Positions 36,317 to 48,945 of a stretch of DNA of 64,000 nucleotides are shown here, piece by piece (position 1 is the stretch's first letter; each line of letters begins with the position of its first letter). The stretch spans positions 28,768,001-28,832,000 of the forward strand of contig OX597833.1 of the NCBI GenBank assembly GCA_951406725.2. The letters are read 5' to 3'. Below the pieces are notes generated by a model that saw only the letters and a list, made by a program, of their open reading frames with translations, was not told the origin of the DNA and ran no database searches. This DNA is from Octopus vulgaris (lineage: Eukaryota). The position numbers were made by a program, and so were the translations under genes.

Positions 36317-36800
36317 TGTGTGTGTGATATGAGTGATGTCTTCACAGCCTGGAGGTTTAGACGCATTCATATATCTTTTTGTTGATCAGGTATTTAGTAG
36401 CTATCTCTTATTCTTGGACAGTAAAGGCATAAGCTTCTTATGCCTTTACTGGGATGGTGGTGGTGGTAGCAAAATCGAAAGGTGAGACATGTACTTAACA
36501 CAGGTCCAAAAGCTACTATTCCTCTCAGTGTTGTTGGGATTCTCTAGCTTGTGGAATATGTATTCACGCATAACTTTCTGCTCGTATGATGAGTATTTCT
36601 CTTCCAGGTTTCTGTTAAATAAGTCAGCTCAACTACCCTTGGTTTGCATGGAACAGTTGTACACTCAGCGTATCTATTCAGGAGTTCTTCACCGAATTAT
36701 TTGTTATGTTGTGTGATGTACCCATTTCTCCTTTAACTGTTCAGTATGATGCGGTTCTCAAAAACCGTCTGGACCGATCTTAATGCTTCTCCCTCTAGAT

Positions 36801-37111
36801 CAGTGATTTTCCAAAGTGAGGCATACGCCCCACCGGTGGGGCTCAGGAAAATTATAGTGGTATGTTGTGCTGCTGTTTGTTGCCAGGCACAAGATTCTCA
36901 TTAAAGGGATTTCCTTTTTTTCTTCTTAGTCAGTAACGTGCATTTTTGTTCTTAGTGCTTAATAAAAAGAGTTACCCGTAGATTTTTTGTATTAAATAAT
37001 TGTTATAGAATATTAAAAAATAAAGTCGTTTTTTTTTTCAACCACTGGTTGGGCATACATTTTTGTGGAAAGTTATAGAGGGGCCTGGTGGGAATATGTT
37101 GAGAAAGACTG
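36801..37111. mobile_element. hAT/Charlie MITE
   Basis: TIRs CAGTGATTTTCCAA / TTGAGAAAGACTG with 8-bp flanks CTCTAGAT and ATCTAGAC (NTCTAGAN). Confidence 0.75.
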
Positions 37112-37124
37112 ATCTAGACCCTGT

Positions 37125-38000
37125 CAGTTTCACTGTCGATGATGAAGTTATTAGTTACTTCCTAGTCCTGATGTCCAAGCTGCAGATTTCTTCAAGTGCC
37201 CAGTCTAGTACTCCAAATATTGGTGCTAGCACTGTCACTTCAAAAGCATAGTGGGATATAGTTTTATTGACAGCAGACAACTCTGACTTCCATACCTTCC
37301 AAATTCTGCTGAAGTACTCTTTTATCACTCTAGCTTTACTCGCAGCATCACCTTAGCTTTGCTCACAGGACTGCAATATTATCCTTGATTCCAAAGTATT
37401 TGTAACATCCATCACTTGTAATACGCGAAATAGACAAACCATTGATGTCCATATTTTCTGTCTGGTCGCTGGTCGCCAATCTTTTCTCATTTCACTATCA
37501 AATATGAACTCTTGTCCTGACCAAACTTCATTCCTATGATGCATGAAAATGTTATGACCAGTTCTGTCTCATGGTGTCATAAATATTACTTGAAGACAGT
37601 GTTAGGTCAAAAACAAAAAATGGTGTGGATGACATTAGTCTTCCTTTCATCGGTAATTTCAATCATGTAGGCTTTGTATATCCTTGACAAGGCTGATAAG
37701 GGGCTAACTGCTAGAACAAAAAGCATTAAGATAAGCTGTTACTCTGAAATATTCCTTCTGGTAGTCTAATTCTGTTAGTGATTGTGGGAGCGTCAGTTCT
37801 TATTAATAGCTCTGTGTACAATGTTGCTGTCAGCCTGTACCAAAGAACTTTTCGAATGTTAATACTTATAGTATTGACTTCAGAAGAATTATTCGACGTA
37901 GCTCCAGACACCTTTCATTCCTCCTCGTTGCTTCCTTCTCACTACATTGTGTGTTTCGCAGTGATCCTGGAGGGATGCATCCAAATAAACTTTATATAAT
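37125..38000 (-). mobile_element. Decayed R4/Dong-type RT fragment
   Basis: Minus strand gives IRLPEGIFQSNSLS, FVLAVSPLS and KEYFSRIWKVWKSELSAVNK...PIFGVLDWALEEICSLDIRTRK. Confidence 0.7.
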
Positions 38001-38119
38001 TTATACATCAAATTCAAATATGGGATGGGCTAATAGTTTTTGGCCACATGCGTCTCGCGGTTTTTAGCTGCTAGTATTGTACGCACAACTGCAAACCAGT
38101 CTGAAACATCGATCTCAGC

Positions 38120-38566
38120 ATGTATGTATGTATGTATGTATGTATGTATGTATGTATGTATGTATGTATGTATGTATGTATGTATGTATGTATGCATTAT
38201 GTATGCATGTATGTATGTATGTATGTATGTATGTATGCATTATGTATGTATGTATGTATGCATTATGTATGTATGTATGTATGTATGTATGTATGTATGT
38301 ATGTATGTATGTATGTGTGTATGTATGTGTGTATGTGTCTGTCTGTCTGTCTGTATGTATGTATGTGTGTGTATATGTGTGTATGTATGTATGTATGTAT
38401 GTGTGTATGTATGTATGAAGTATGTATGTATGTGGATGTGTATGTGTGTGTATGTATGTATGTTTTATGTATGTATATATTATGTATGCATGTATTTGTG
38501 TATATGTGTATGTATGCATGTATGTATGTATGTATGCGTGTGTGTGTGTATGTGTGTATGTATGCA
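38120..38566. repeat. (TATG)n microsatellite complex
   Basis: Visible directly. Confidence 0.95.
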
Positions 38567-39529
38567 TACTCCTGGGTATGACTTCAAACTGCATCCAATA
38601 GTGAGGCCCTGGTATGAGAGTTCCAAGGTTTTGAGGCGTGTAGAACTACCTCTTAGCCACAATTGTTCCTAGATCTACCCCGACCCAGAGTAATAGCACC
38701 TTTTAGTGTCCCAGTTATGGGTTAATTAGCATGTGAACCACTGGATGAGAAGATCACCTACATCCCATTCTAACATCCTTCTCGTATAAAATATCTGAAC
38801 TATAGTCAGTTTCTAGTCGTCTCAACCGCTGTTGTGCCACTGGTTTATATAGCTGATTGCTCTGAAACGTGGGTTCAGTGCTATGCGACGTTTTATCTAC
38901 TCAAAACAAATTCCCGCACAGGAACTTCTTGGACTCCCGGAATGTTTGCATGGACTTACTGATTTTAGGAAGTGGTCTTACTCGGTCAGGAGTTGACTTC
39001 CACCATGTATGTATGTATGTATGTATGTATGTATGTATGTATGTATGTATGTATGTATGTATGTCTGTCTGTATGTATGTATGTCTGTCTGTCTGTCTGT
39101 ATGTATGTCTGTCTGTCTGTCTGTATGTGTGTATGTATGTATGTATGTATGTATGTGTATGCGTGCGTGTGTATGTATACATGTTTATATGCATGTTTGA
39201 ATGTATGTAATGTGTGTATGTGTAGGCAGTCCCCTGCTTTCTAACTGGATGCGTTCTTGAAAATGGGCAGGTAAGTTGAATTTCCGAATCTTAAATTATT
39301 GAAGTATTCATTGATTGGGGAGGGAGGGGAGGGGCTTTTTCCACATGAATTACTCAGAATCTCTGGGGGAATGATGACATCCCGAAGATAAGGAGAAATA
39401 AGGAACATAAGGAACATTATGTTCCTTACATAAGGAACTTGATTTCCTTACAAAGTCATTTTATAATTTCCAATGATAAAATAAATTCATGACAAATGTG
39501 GAGAAATAAAAAACAATAAATGAATATTG

Positions 39530-39708
39530 AATTTTGGCACAAGACCAGCAATTTCGGGGGAAACGGGATTACATCAACCCCAGTGTTCAACGATCCCGAA
39601 AAGGATGAAAGGCAAAGTCGATCTCGGCAGAATTTGACCTCAGAAACGGACGAAATGCCGCTAAGCACTTTAGCTGGCGTGCTAACGGTTCTTCCGGTTC
39701 GTTGCCCT
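39530..39708 (-). mobile_element. SINE family B copy
   Basis: CCCGAAAAGGATGAAAGGCAAAGTCGA...GAAATGCCGCTAAGCA. Confidence 0.8.
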
Positions 39709-39806
39709 AATTTTATCAAATGAATATTGATATGGCTATACATTTGTGCATTATAGATTAATTATATATTTTTGTTCAAAACTTATCAAGTGTTTGCCGA
39801 ATAAAT

Positions 39807-40032
39807 TAATCCCTCGACTATCGCGGGCGTTACATTCCAAAATCCCCGCGATTTTGTGTATATTTTATTATTATTTTATTATTAGTATTTTATTATATAT
39901 TTTATCATTATTATTTTTATAATTTGTATATATTTATTTTATTATAAATGCAAAACAACACCACGGAGGAATCGATGTAGGCTTAAATAATAATACGCGA
40001 TAGGTGAACCGCGATATAGCGAGGGATTACTG
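39807..40032. mobile_element. Tigger/pogo-type MITE
   Basis: TIRs TAATCCCTCGACTATCGCGG / CCGCGATATAGCGAGGGATTACTG around an AT-rich core. Confidence 0.7.
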
Positions 40033-40214
40033 TGTCACACTTCTCTCGATAAAGGCATTCAAGCATATTATTGACGATCAGAGTTTTCCTTTTATGCATA
40101 ATGATGTCTATATCGTTGTCACTTATGTTGTTATAAATATTAGCGAATCGTAGGGCACAGATGATCAGAGATTATTTCGTATGGTTGTTACTTTCTTCAA
40201 CTTGCTATTAATAT

Positions 40215-40581
40215 TGGTTTCCAAATTTGGTACAAGGCCAGTAATCTCGAGGAAGGGTTAAGTCGATTACATCAATCCCAGTGCTCAACTGGTACTTATT
40301 TTATCGACCCAAAAGGATAAAAGGCAAAGTCGACCTAGGTGGAATTTGAGCTCAGAACGTAAAGATGGACGAAATGCCGCTATGCGTATGGCTCAGCATG
40401 CTAACGATTCTTTTCTATTATAGGCACAAGGCTTGAAATTTAGTGGGAGAGGGATAGCCGATGACCCCGAAAGGATGAAAGGCAAAGTCGACCTCGGCGG
40501 AATTTGAACTCAGAACGCAGCGACGGGCGAACTACCGCTATGCATTTTGCCCAGCTAACGATTCTGCTAGCTCGCCGCCTT
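40215..40581 (-). mobile_element. Two tandem SINE family B copies
   Basis: AAAGGCAAAGTCGACCT...GGAATTTGA.CTCAGAACG occurs twice (about 40320 and 40480). Confidence 0.8.
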
Positions 40582-40758
40582 ACTTGCTATTAATATTCGT
40601 AGGATTTTGTTTACACATTAATAATCCGATCTTGGCTTTAGCGGCAATAATTAATCTGCATTTAGGATGGAGGCAAAATTCACCTTATGATCATTGATTG
40701 TGATGTACTCATCGCGTTTAGCTAAATATTCTAATCCATTGTCTAATTTAAGTTAATG

Positions 40759-40835
<77 letters not shown>

Positions 40836-41029
40836 CTTCACTATTTCAATCCCGGTATGCAATAGCGGAAACTCTGAACATCATTGAAAATTATAAATCT
40901 CTGAATGAAACATTATTATTTTATTATCTGATAATTACACGGTACTCCTGGATATGAAACTTCGAGTTACGATATACAACCACTGAAGACTTTATAATTA
41001 AGAAATATATGCATACATACATACATACA

Positions 41030-41137
<108 letters not shown>

Positions 41138-41269
41138 TATATTAATGATAAGTAACGGGGACGTAAACAAACCAAAACCGGTTGGAAAGCGATGGTGGGG
41201 GATAAATACATACACAGAGACTCATGCAGATGGATCTATCTATTTATAATACATACATACATACATACA

Positions 41270-41328
<59 letters not shown>

Positions 41329-41353
41329 TGAGCGAGAGAGAGAGAGAGAGAGA

Positions 41354-41665
41354 GATGCACAATGGCCCAGTGGTTAGAGCAGCGGACTCGCAGTTGGGGG
41401 ATCGCGATTTCGATTCACAGACCTGGCGTTGTGAGTGTTCATTGAGCGAAAACACCTAAAGCTCCACGACGCTCCGGTGGGGGAGGAGAATCCTGCTCTA
41501 CACTTTCACCAAAACTTTCTCTCACGCTTATTCTCCCCGAAAACTACGCTAAGGGTACACGTATCTGCGGAGTACTCAGCCACTTGCACGTTAAGTTCAC
41601 GAGCAAGCTGTTCCGTTGATCGGATCAACTAGAACCCTCGACCCCGTAACCGACGGAGTGCCACG
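41354..41665 (+). mobile_element. SINE family C-like copy
   Basis: Head TGGCCCAGTGGTTAGAGCAGCGGAC..., shared with 10046. The 3' part differs. Confidence 0.75.
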
Positions 41666-41733
41666 ATATATATAGGAAAATAGAAAATGGAGACGAACGC
41701 TCAAGGTGTTATTAAATCATCTATATCTTCATA

Positions 41734-41822
41734 TCTCCTACACATGTTTCGATAGAAGCATCCAAACTACGTTTGAAATGATGAAAATAACGGTCAGCTA
41801 TGCATCAATCTCTTCAGGGAGA
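41734..41822 (-). ncRNA. Type-I hammerhead ribozyme with intact core
   Basis: Reverse complement reads TCTCC-CTGAAGA-GATTGATGCAT...ATGCTTCTATC-GAAA-C ATGT G-TA-GGAGA. An inverted partial copy lies at 41880-41942. Confidence 0.8.
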
Positions 41823-42769
41823 ATAACAGTACTCATCAAATAGACATTTTAACAGATATATGAAACCCCAGACATATCTTAGATGCATACATCAAAACAT
41901 GTGTAGGAGATATGGAGATATAAATGATTTAATAACATCTTGCTTGTTTCCGGATTCAAATCCCACACAAGTGTGTCCATTGTTTCCTAGGACACTTAAG
42001 CAACATTTAGCTCCCTTTGAATTATTCCCTCGGATCGGTTGTTGCTATATTATCTTTTAAACAGTTTTAATTTAGCTTTAAGCGTAGCAAAGTTTTAAAA
42101 TAATAGTTAATTACAAGTACACTTTTATTAGTACCTTTTTTTATAAATTTATTGCTTTTAATAGTTAGTGGTAAGTTTACCTTATAGCTTATAAGGGTAA
42201 TATATATTAAGAGTATGTGGTGTTTTTATTATTAACTTTTGAATTATGAAATAATGTATTTCACTCATAATTATTATATTATTCATTAAATTCAATGGTG
42301 TTTTTGTTTTGAAGAGAATTGAAATAAAGCTTTCACTTTCTGTTATTATAGTAATAACTACGGAAGACTGGTGTGATTATTATTTGTATGCACTTAAAGA
42401 TTGGTCGCTATTTAGTATATAATTTAGTTATTGTAGGTTTACAATTAATACCGATACAGATGTACATAGATTTATGTGTTTCTTGTTGTAGTTTAATCTT
42501 AAAGTTAGTGTTTAATCCTGCCTATATTTGATTGAATACTGTTGTTCATAGGGTAAATGTGTTTGAAAGTCGTGTGTTTTGCTCTTTTGGTATGTTTGTT
42601 TCCAAACAGCACCTCTTTAAGTGCTGTTGACACCGCCGGATAGAATAATGGTACTACCCAGGTGTCGAAACCATAATGATATCCGTGAGGTAGCTGATGA
42701 TGGAGGTATGGTGGATTGTTGGTAGGGCTGTTTGTGTGTATGTGGAATAGTGTTATAACACATCTTTTG

Positions 42770-42824
<55 letters not shown>

Positions 42825-42830
<6 letters not shown>

Positions 42831-43487
42831 TATGCATATATGGGTACAGGAGGTCACAAACTGTGTAAACAACATGGAGTACGAAAACAAGCGAGTTAAA
42901 CAGCAAACAACGAAAGAAAAATGGAAAACAGGACAAGTAAACACAACGACCAAACAACCCTTCATCAGTTGTCTATCTATTCCTCAATTCGAGCATTGAA
43001 CGATAATATGAGTCTTCAAAGATAGTTGTTACCATAAATCTAAAATAAAATTTGGGATTTATAGAGGGTCAAAATTGGAAACAAAAACAGGACAGCGGAG
43101 ACATACAAGGAAACAGAACGAAAACAAACATGGAGGGTCGTTAGACCAGAACGAGAGGAAAATAGTGAACGCAGGGAAACATTTTCTTTGAAAAGATAAA
43201 AGATAGAATAGAGAGAAAGAAAACGCCTAATCCTCAGAACGTCGTACAGGAAAAGAGAGATCGTCACGTGAGGAAAAGAAAGATGGGCGATGGTCACGTG
43301 TGAGCAACGAGAGAGACAGAGAGGGGAAAAAGAGAAAGAGGGGAGAGAGAAAGACTGATAGAAAATGGTGAAGGGAAGTAAAAAGGAATTAGAGAAGGAT
43401 GGGGGGCGAAAGCAGTGTAGAGTAGAGTCACATCAAAAAGGTTAAAATAAACTTACTTGGAAATAGATGCGTGGCGTTCAATTAAAT

Positions 43488-43490
<3 letters not shown>
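42825..43490. mobile_element. Dispersed repeat in (TA)n, probably PLE-derived
   Basis: 42825-43000 is homologous to 44562-44735 (ATGCATATATGGG...GTGTAAACAACATG.AGTACGAAAACAA). Confidence 0.55.
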
Positions 43491-43530
<40 letters not shown>

Positions 43531-43653
43531 CAACAACAAATTGAGGAACGGCTATAATAGGCCGTTCGACCCACTAGAAATAGCAACCAGGGCTAACCGC
43601 AAATAGTAGTAATTCCGAATCAGAGGAAAAATTAAAAAAACATTTACCCTGTT

Positions 43654-43769
43654 CTTCTTTAGACAATGCATTGTTTCAGCGTTTTTTGATGGCAAACCAG
43701 CCTGATTAAATTAAATTAAACTCAATCAAGTCAATCTTCCAAAGGCCAACGCGTTCATCAGTAAAGGAG
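43654..43769 (-). ncRNA. Type-I hammerhead ribozyme, copy 1 of a tandem pair
   Basis: Reverse complement reads CTCCTTTA-CTGATGA-ACGCGTT...AACGCT-GAAA-CAA TGCA TTG-TC-TAAAGAAG. Palindromic stem III, GUC site. Confidence 0.85.
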
Positions 43770-44141
43770 CCAGAAAGGGACAGAAATTACACGAGGCAGC
43801 TACCTTCATGCCTCGGCAATATCTGACCTAAAATTTTCAAAATCATCGTACTCGCACCAACTTATCGGCAGCAAATATAAACTGCCGATTCAATTTCGGA
43901 ATTAATCAGAAAATTATCAATTAATCAATATTAGGGTAGCAAAAAATTCAATAGAAATTATTTTGCCACCAGCGGTCCAGTGAGAAAAAGGAAATAGTCA
44001 GAGACTATTAATAAATTCAACAACAAATTGAGGAACGGCTATAATAGGCCGTTCGACCCACTAGAAATAGCAACCAGGGCTAACCGCAAATAGTAGTAAT
44101 TCCGGAATCAGAGGAAAAATTAAAAAAACATTTACCCTGTT

Positions 44142-44257
44142 CTTCTTTAGACAATGCATTGTTTCAGCGTTTTTTGATGGCAAACCAGCCTGATTAAATT
44201 AAATTAAACTCAATCAAGTCAATCTTCCAAAGGCCAACGCGTTCATCAGTAAAGGAG
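44142..44257 (-). ncRNA. Type-I hammerhead ribozyme, copy 2 of a tandem pair
   Basis: Same sequence as 43654-43769. Confidence 0.85.
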
Positions 44258-44500
44258 CCAGTAAAGGAGCCAGAAGAACAGGGTAAATGTTTTTTAAATT
44301 TTTCCTCTGATTCCGGAATGACTACTATTTGCGGTTAGCCCTGGTTGTTATTTCTAGTGGGTCGAACGGCCTATTATAGCCGTTCCTCAATTTGTTGTTG
44401 AATTTATTAATAGTCTCTGACTATTTCCTTTTTCTCACTGGACCGCTGGTGGCAAAATAATTTCTATTGAATTTTTTGCTACCCTAATATTGATCAATTG

Positions 44501-44566
<66 letters not shown>

Positions 44567-44767
44567 TATATGGGCAGAGGACATCACCAACTGTGTGTAA
44601 ACAACATGTAGTACGAAAACAAACGAGGTAAGTACGCAAACAACGAGAGAAAAATGGAAGACAAGACAAGTAAACACAGAGAACGACCTCTCATTAGTAG
44701 TCGGCTGTCTATCTACTCCTTATTTCGAGCATTCAACAGATATATATATGGATATATACATATATGG

Positions 44768-44798
<31 letters not shown>

Positions 44799-45185
44799 TG
44801 TATGTATGTATGTATGTATGTATGTATGTATGCATGCATGTATGTATGTATGAATGTATGTATGTGTGTGTGTATGTATGGTGTGCTGAGAGGATCAAAA
44901 TAAGGCTATGGGCATTCACTGCGGGATTTTTATCTCAGAGAAAAACTTATCTCTGTAGAGACTTTGTTTTTAAAAAACACACCGAGTCAAGCGCCAAGTA
45001 AAGTTAGCAGATGACCAGAAACAATGTTTCAGCTGAATTTCATCTCTTTAGTAAGCGGTACAGCCATGGTCATTTGGATTTAAAACAGAACTTATCTAAT
45101 TATGTATACAGAAAACAGCAAACAATACATTTACTGGTGTGTTGAAGCTTGCCAAACATGAATTACTTTAGTGTGAGTACGTGTA

Positions 45186-45235
<50 letters not shown>

Positions 45236-45921
45236 TTCAAAAAGCTGAAGATCTTTAGAGGAAGGGCCAGACGTAGTGGCTGGTTTAGGGCCAGGCAAAA
45301 GCACATAATGCAGATGACAAGTAGCGGTGGCATGTGACCAGCATTCTTCGACCGGCAAGGCTATCTCTATTAGCTATCTAAAAGGCAGAGAAAGCAGACA
45401 GTTCGTCTTTGAACCACTGGTTTTGGCGTGTTTGTGACTGATTTCATGCCACTTAGGGGATTGGTTTTTATTTGAATGCGGTCTTCTGCACCTGAACTGG
45501 TTGCAATCTGGTTGCAATCTAGAAAACCTTATGCCATATCTGCACTCGCTCCATAAAAAGACACCACGAAAACATCCTCCAACGACACAATCGCTGCATG
45601 TTTCAAGAAAACATCACACCTACTAAACAAGTAGATCATGCAACAAGAGTCCTCAGGATTCCTTCAATTTTTAGTCTTCTCAATCACAGAGGATGGATCT
45701 AGCCTCGTGTGTGCTCATCCTAAACATTCTAAAAACTCTATTTCAAAATTTGGCCATTTTCTACAGAGCCACACAATACTTTGACCCCAACAACTTGTAA
45801 CACAAAGTTCAAGAGAGGGTTCAACTCCTTATGTATGGGAGTATGTGTGTATACATGCATGCACAAACAAATACAGATACATATATTCATACATACATAC
45901 AAACATACATACATACATACA

Positions 45922-46005
<84 letters not shown>

Positions 46006-46099
46006 GAGAAGCACATTCATACATATAGCTGTATTTGTATGTATATGCACGTATGAGTGTGTGTGTGTATGTATGTGTGTGTATGTGTGTGTGTGTGTG

Positions 46100-46385
46100 C
46101 AGCCGCGTGACCTATTTGTTTGGGTTTTTCATCCGCGATCAAAGGTTAATGAGTTCGATTGCGGACCGAGCGACGCGTTGTATTCTTGAGTAAATCACTT
46201 CATTTCGCATTGCTCCAGTCCAGTCATCTGTAAATGGGTGATAACTCCGCGACAGGCTAGCCTTCCCATCGATGGAAATGTTGGCCTTCTCGCCTAACCA
46301 GCGGAGGGCGCATCATTCGAAAGCCGAAGCTATGCAAAGCGCATTGTGACCAGCAATATATAACAGCACCCGATAGTCTGGTCCA
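46100..46385 (+). mobile_element. Old tRNA-derived SINE
   Basis: Degenerate A and B boxes (GAGTTCGATT), then TTCTTGAGTAAATCACTTCATTTC...CTGTAAATGGGTG central domain. Confidence 0.55.
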
Positions 46386-46399
46386 TGATATGATTTCAG

Positions 46400-46497
<98 letters not shown>

Positions 46498-46976
46498 ACA
46501 CACACACAAACACACATACTCACTCACTCTCTCTCTCTCTCTCTCACACACGCACACAGTATGTATATCACTTGGAGTAGTGTAACACATGCTAGTCACA
46601 ATCGATGGAGTGTGACGTATATACCTGACCTCCTGTAGTCGTGTAACACGCTAGTCACACACCTGTGGTAGTCCATCTCACGTATACCAACTAAATACAT
46701 ATTTACTCAATGAATTAAGATTAACCAAGTCTAGATCTTCAATAATCTCTTGCATTCATTGATCTCTGACACATTTCGGTTGATCGGATTTAAGTTAATC
46801 TGTGCAGCATTGATTCATATAATCTCTTTTCGTGACCATTCAGTGAATGAGTTGACAAAACCGAACCAGTCAACATAGGTTCTAACTGATTGTTATAACA
46901 GCCAAATACCTTTCCAAATAACACCCTACCGTTAATTAAATGTAAGGCGACGTTAGATTACTTCTGGTTACAGTAT

Positions 46977-47081
<105 letters not shown>

Positions 47082-48259
47082 CGATGGTCATAATTAAATT
47101 TATGATCATGTGTTTGTATGATCAAAATTGATCTGGGACCGAGTAACATCAATACCATAAACAACAACGACAGCAACAACAACAACAACAATGACAGCAA
47201 CACCGTAGGCTGGAACTATGTATACAAGTATATGTGAAGTTGCATTAAGTGAAAATCGAAACGCGATATATATTCATCTCAGCACTGATGTGCTCACACA
47301 GTTTCTTACGTGCTTTCAGTTCTCCCCTGCTACTACAAAAGTTTTATTTCCATTTTGTTTTGAGGAAATGGTAGGTCTATACGAAAAAAATAAAACACTG
47401 GAGAAGGCTGCGATTTTTCATAAGCAAAACTTTTATTCTCTCGTACACACACACACGCACACACATTGGCTCGGAAACGAAATTAGTTTCGCGGGTGTAA
47501 ACCTAGATCCAAATTTTTTGAAAACAAGTTGCTTTTTTTTATTCATTTTTGTTCCTTGTTCTCCAAAGAAGAAACTTACTTCAAGCTATTTTTTACAGAT
47601 CAATTTTTACACAGTTTTCTAAACTTGAGAAACTCAAGTAGAAGGTTCAAATTTTGATTTTGCACTTCCAAACAATTTTGGGCGGTGCACTTGCACTCCC
47701 TGCACCCCCTGTTCTCGAGCACATGTGCGCGCTCACACACATACGCACAAAGCCACAGGAAATACTGTCTGTACTACGAACGACAAAATGTCGAGAGTTT
47801 TGAATGTTATTATTCTTGATATAGTTGTTGCAGCAGATAAAATGTGGTTAGTTGCTTGCCGTGCTACTGACTTCTAATGTCTTCCGTCCTCCGACTCTTC
47901 ATCACCTTTTAGTTGTCAGCTGCTGTCCGCTGTCTCTGTTGACTATATCCTTCAGTATCTGTCAATGTTCACTCTGCTACATCACAAAAGCTCTCTCTCA
48001 GGTAGTCACGGCGTATCGAATTTATACTGATGGATAAGCTCAGAAAGAATCCCACCAAAATATAAGATAGTCGCTGGAGCCTATTCCACGCGATGTCGTG
48101 ATTAGTTAGGTTTTGTTGATCACGTGGGTAGTACTCTAGCGAATCGCGACATCGGGTGATTGCTGAATATTCCCGCTAAAGACCCATTGTGTGCGCGCAC
48201 GCGCGTATGTGTTGGTCTACTTGTTTTCAAAGAAACGCGAGATAGATTCTTTAAGCCAT

Positions 48260-48446
48260 GTCAACCTAGCGGGTAGACTAAGAATGAAATGGTTAGATAA
48301 AATACATAATCTCAGTTGGTTACGCTTAGGAGTCAAGCTGCAAAGTCTTATGATGGTTCCTTCTGATAGGACCTTATGGAGGAGATGCCTGAGGATGCGA
48401 CCCCTACAGTCCGACCACAGGAATGGTGAGCAGAGAAGATGGATGG
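48260..48446 (+). mobile_element. RTE-clade LINE 3' fragment
   Basis: GRLRMKWLDKI...LG...SDRTLWRR matches the RTE C-terminal pattern GRPRxRWxD...DRxxWR. Confidence 0.6.
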
Positions 48447-48479
48447 CTACATACATACATACATACATACATACAATGT

Positions 48480-48945
48480 TATCCTCAAGAAAGATTTTCC
48501 TGACATCATATACATCAAAGGCATATCAGAAGCAGTAAGTATTCACACCTTTAAAAATAAGGAATACTGATGGCACACTCTAATAAAAACAGCTGTTCGT
48601 GGGAAACATAACAGACCTGATATTGTTCTGTAGGACAGGGAACAAAAGTTAGGAACTGTTGAAGAGGTTAGCTGCCCAGCGCATGTGAATGTACAGTTCA
48701 AATTTCAAGGAAAAGAAAATATTTATGGTGAATTAATGCAAAACTTGCAGCTCTTGTGCCCTGACTATGAATTCTCATTTGTTCCTGCCATCATAGGTGC
48801 ATTTGGTTGTGTACCAATAAATTGGCACAAAATCCTAGAAATACTCGGTTTCAAGAGCAAAAGAAACTGACGCGGATTCACGAGATCCAATATATTAGTG
48901 GCACAGTGAAGATTTGTAAGACATTCCAAAGATTCTCCATCTGAG
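48480..48945 (+). mobile_element. R4/Dong-type RLE fragment
   Basis: HNRPDIVL*DREQK...EVSCPAHVNV...KENIYGELM...VPAIIGAFG. Confidence 0.75.

Larger units (their letters stand above)
43530..44505 (-). mobile_element. Non-coding HHR element: 488-bp tandem unit plus inverted terminal copy, flanked by (TA)n
   Basis: 43530-43773 repeats at 44018-44261. Segment 44272-44505 is the reverse complement of 43913-44146. Confidence 0.85.

Noticed and set aside
40920-40995. CTGATAA...GAAACTTCGAGTT possible HHR
   Set aside because: The core has a G8-to-A change, the would-be cleavage triplet is GUU, and the stems are weak.
42620-42705. GACACC/GGTGTC-GAAA followed by CTGATGA
   Set aside because: The elements cannot be assembled into a consistent three-way junction.
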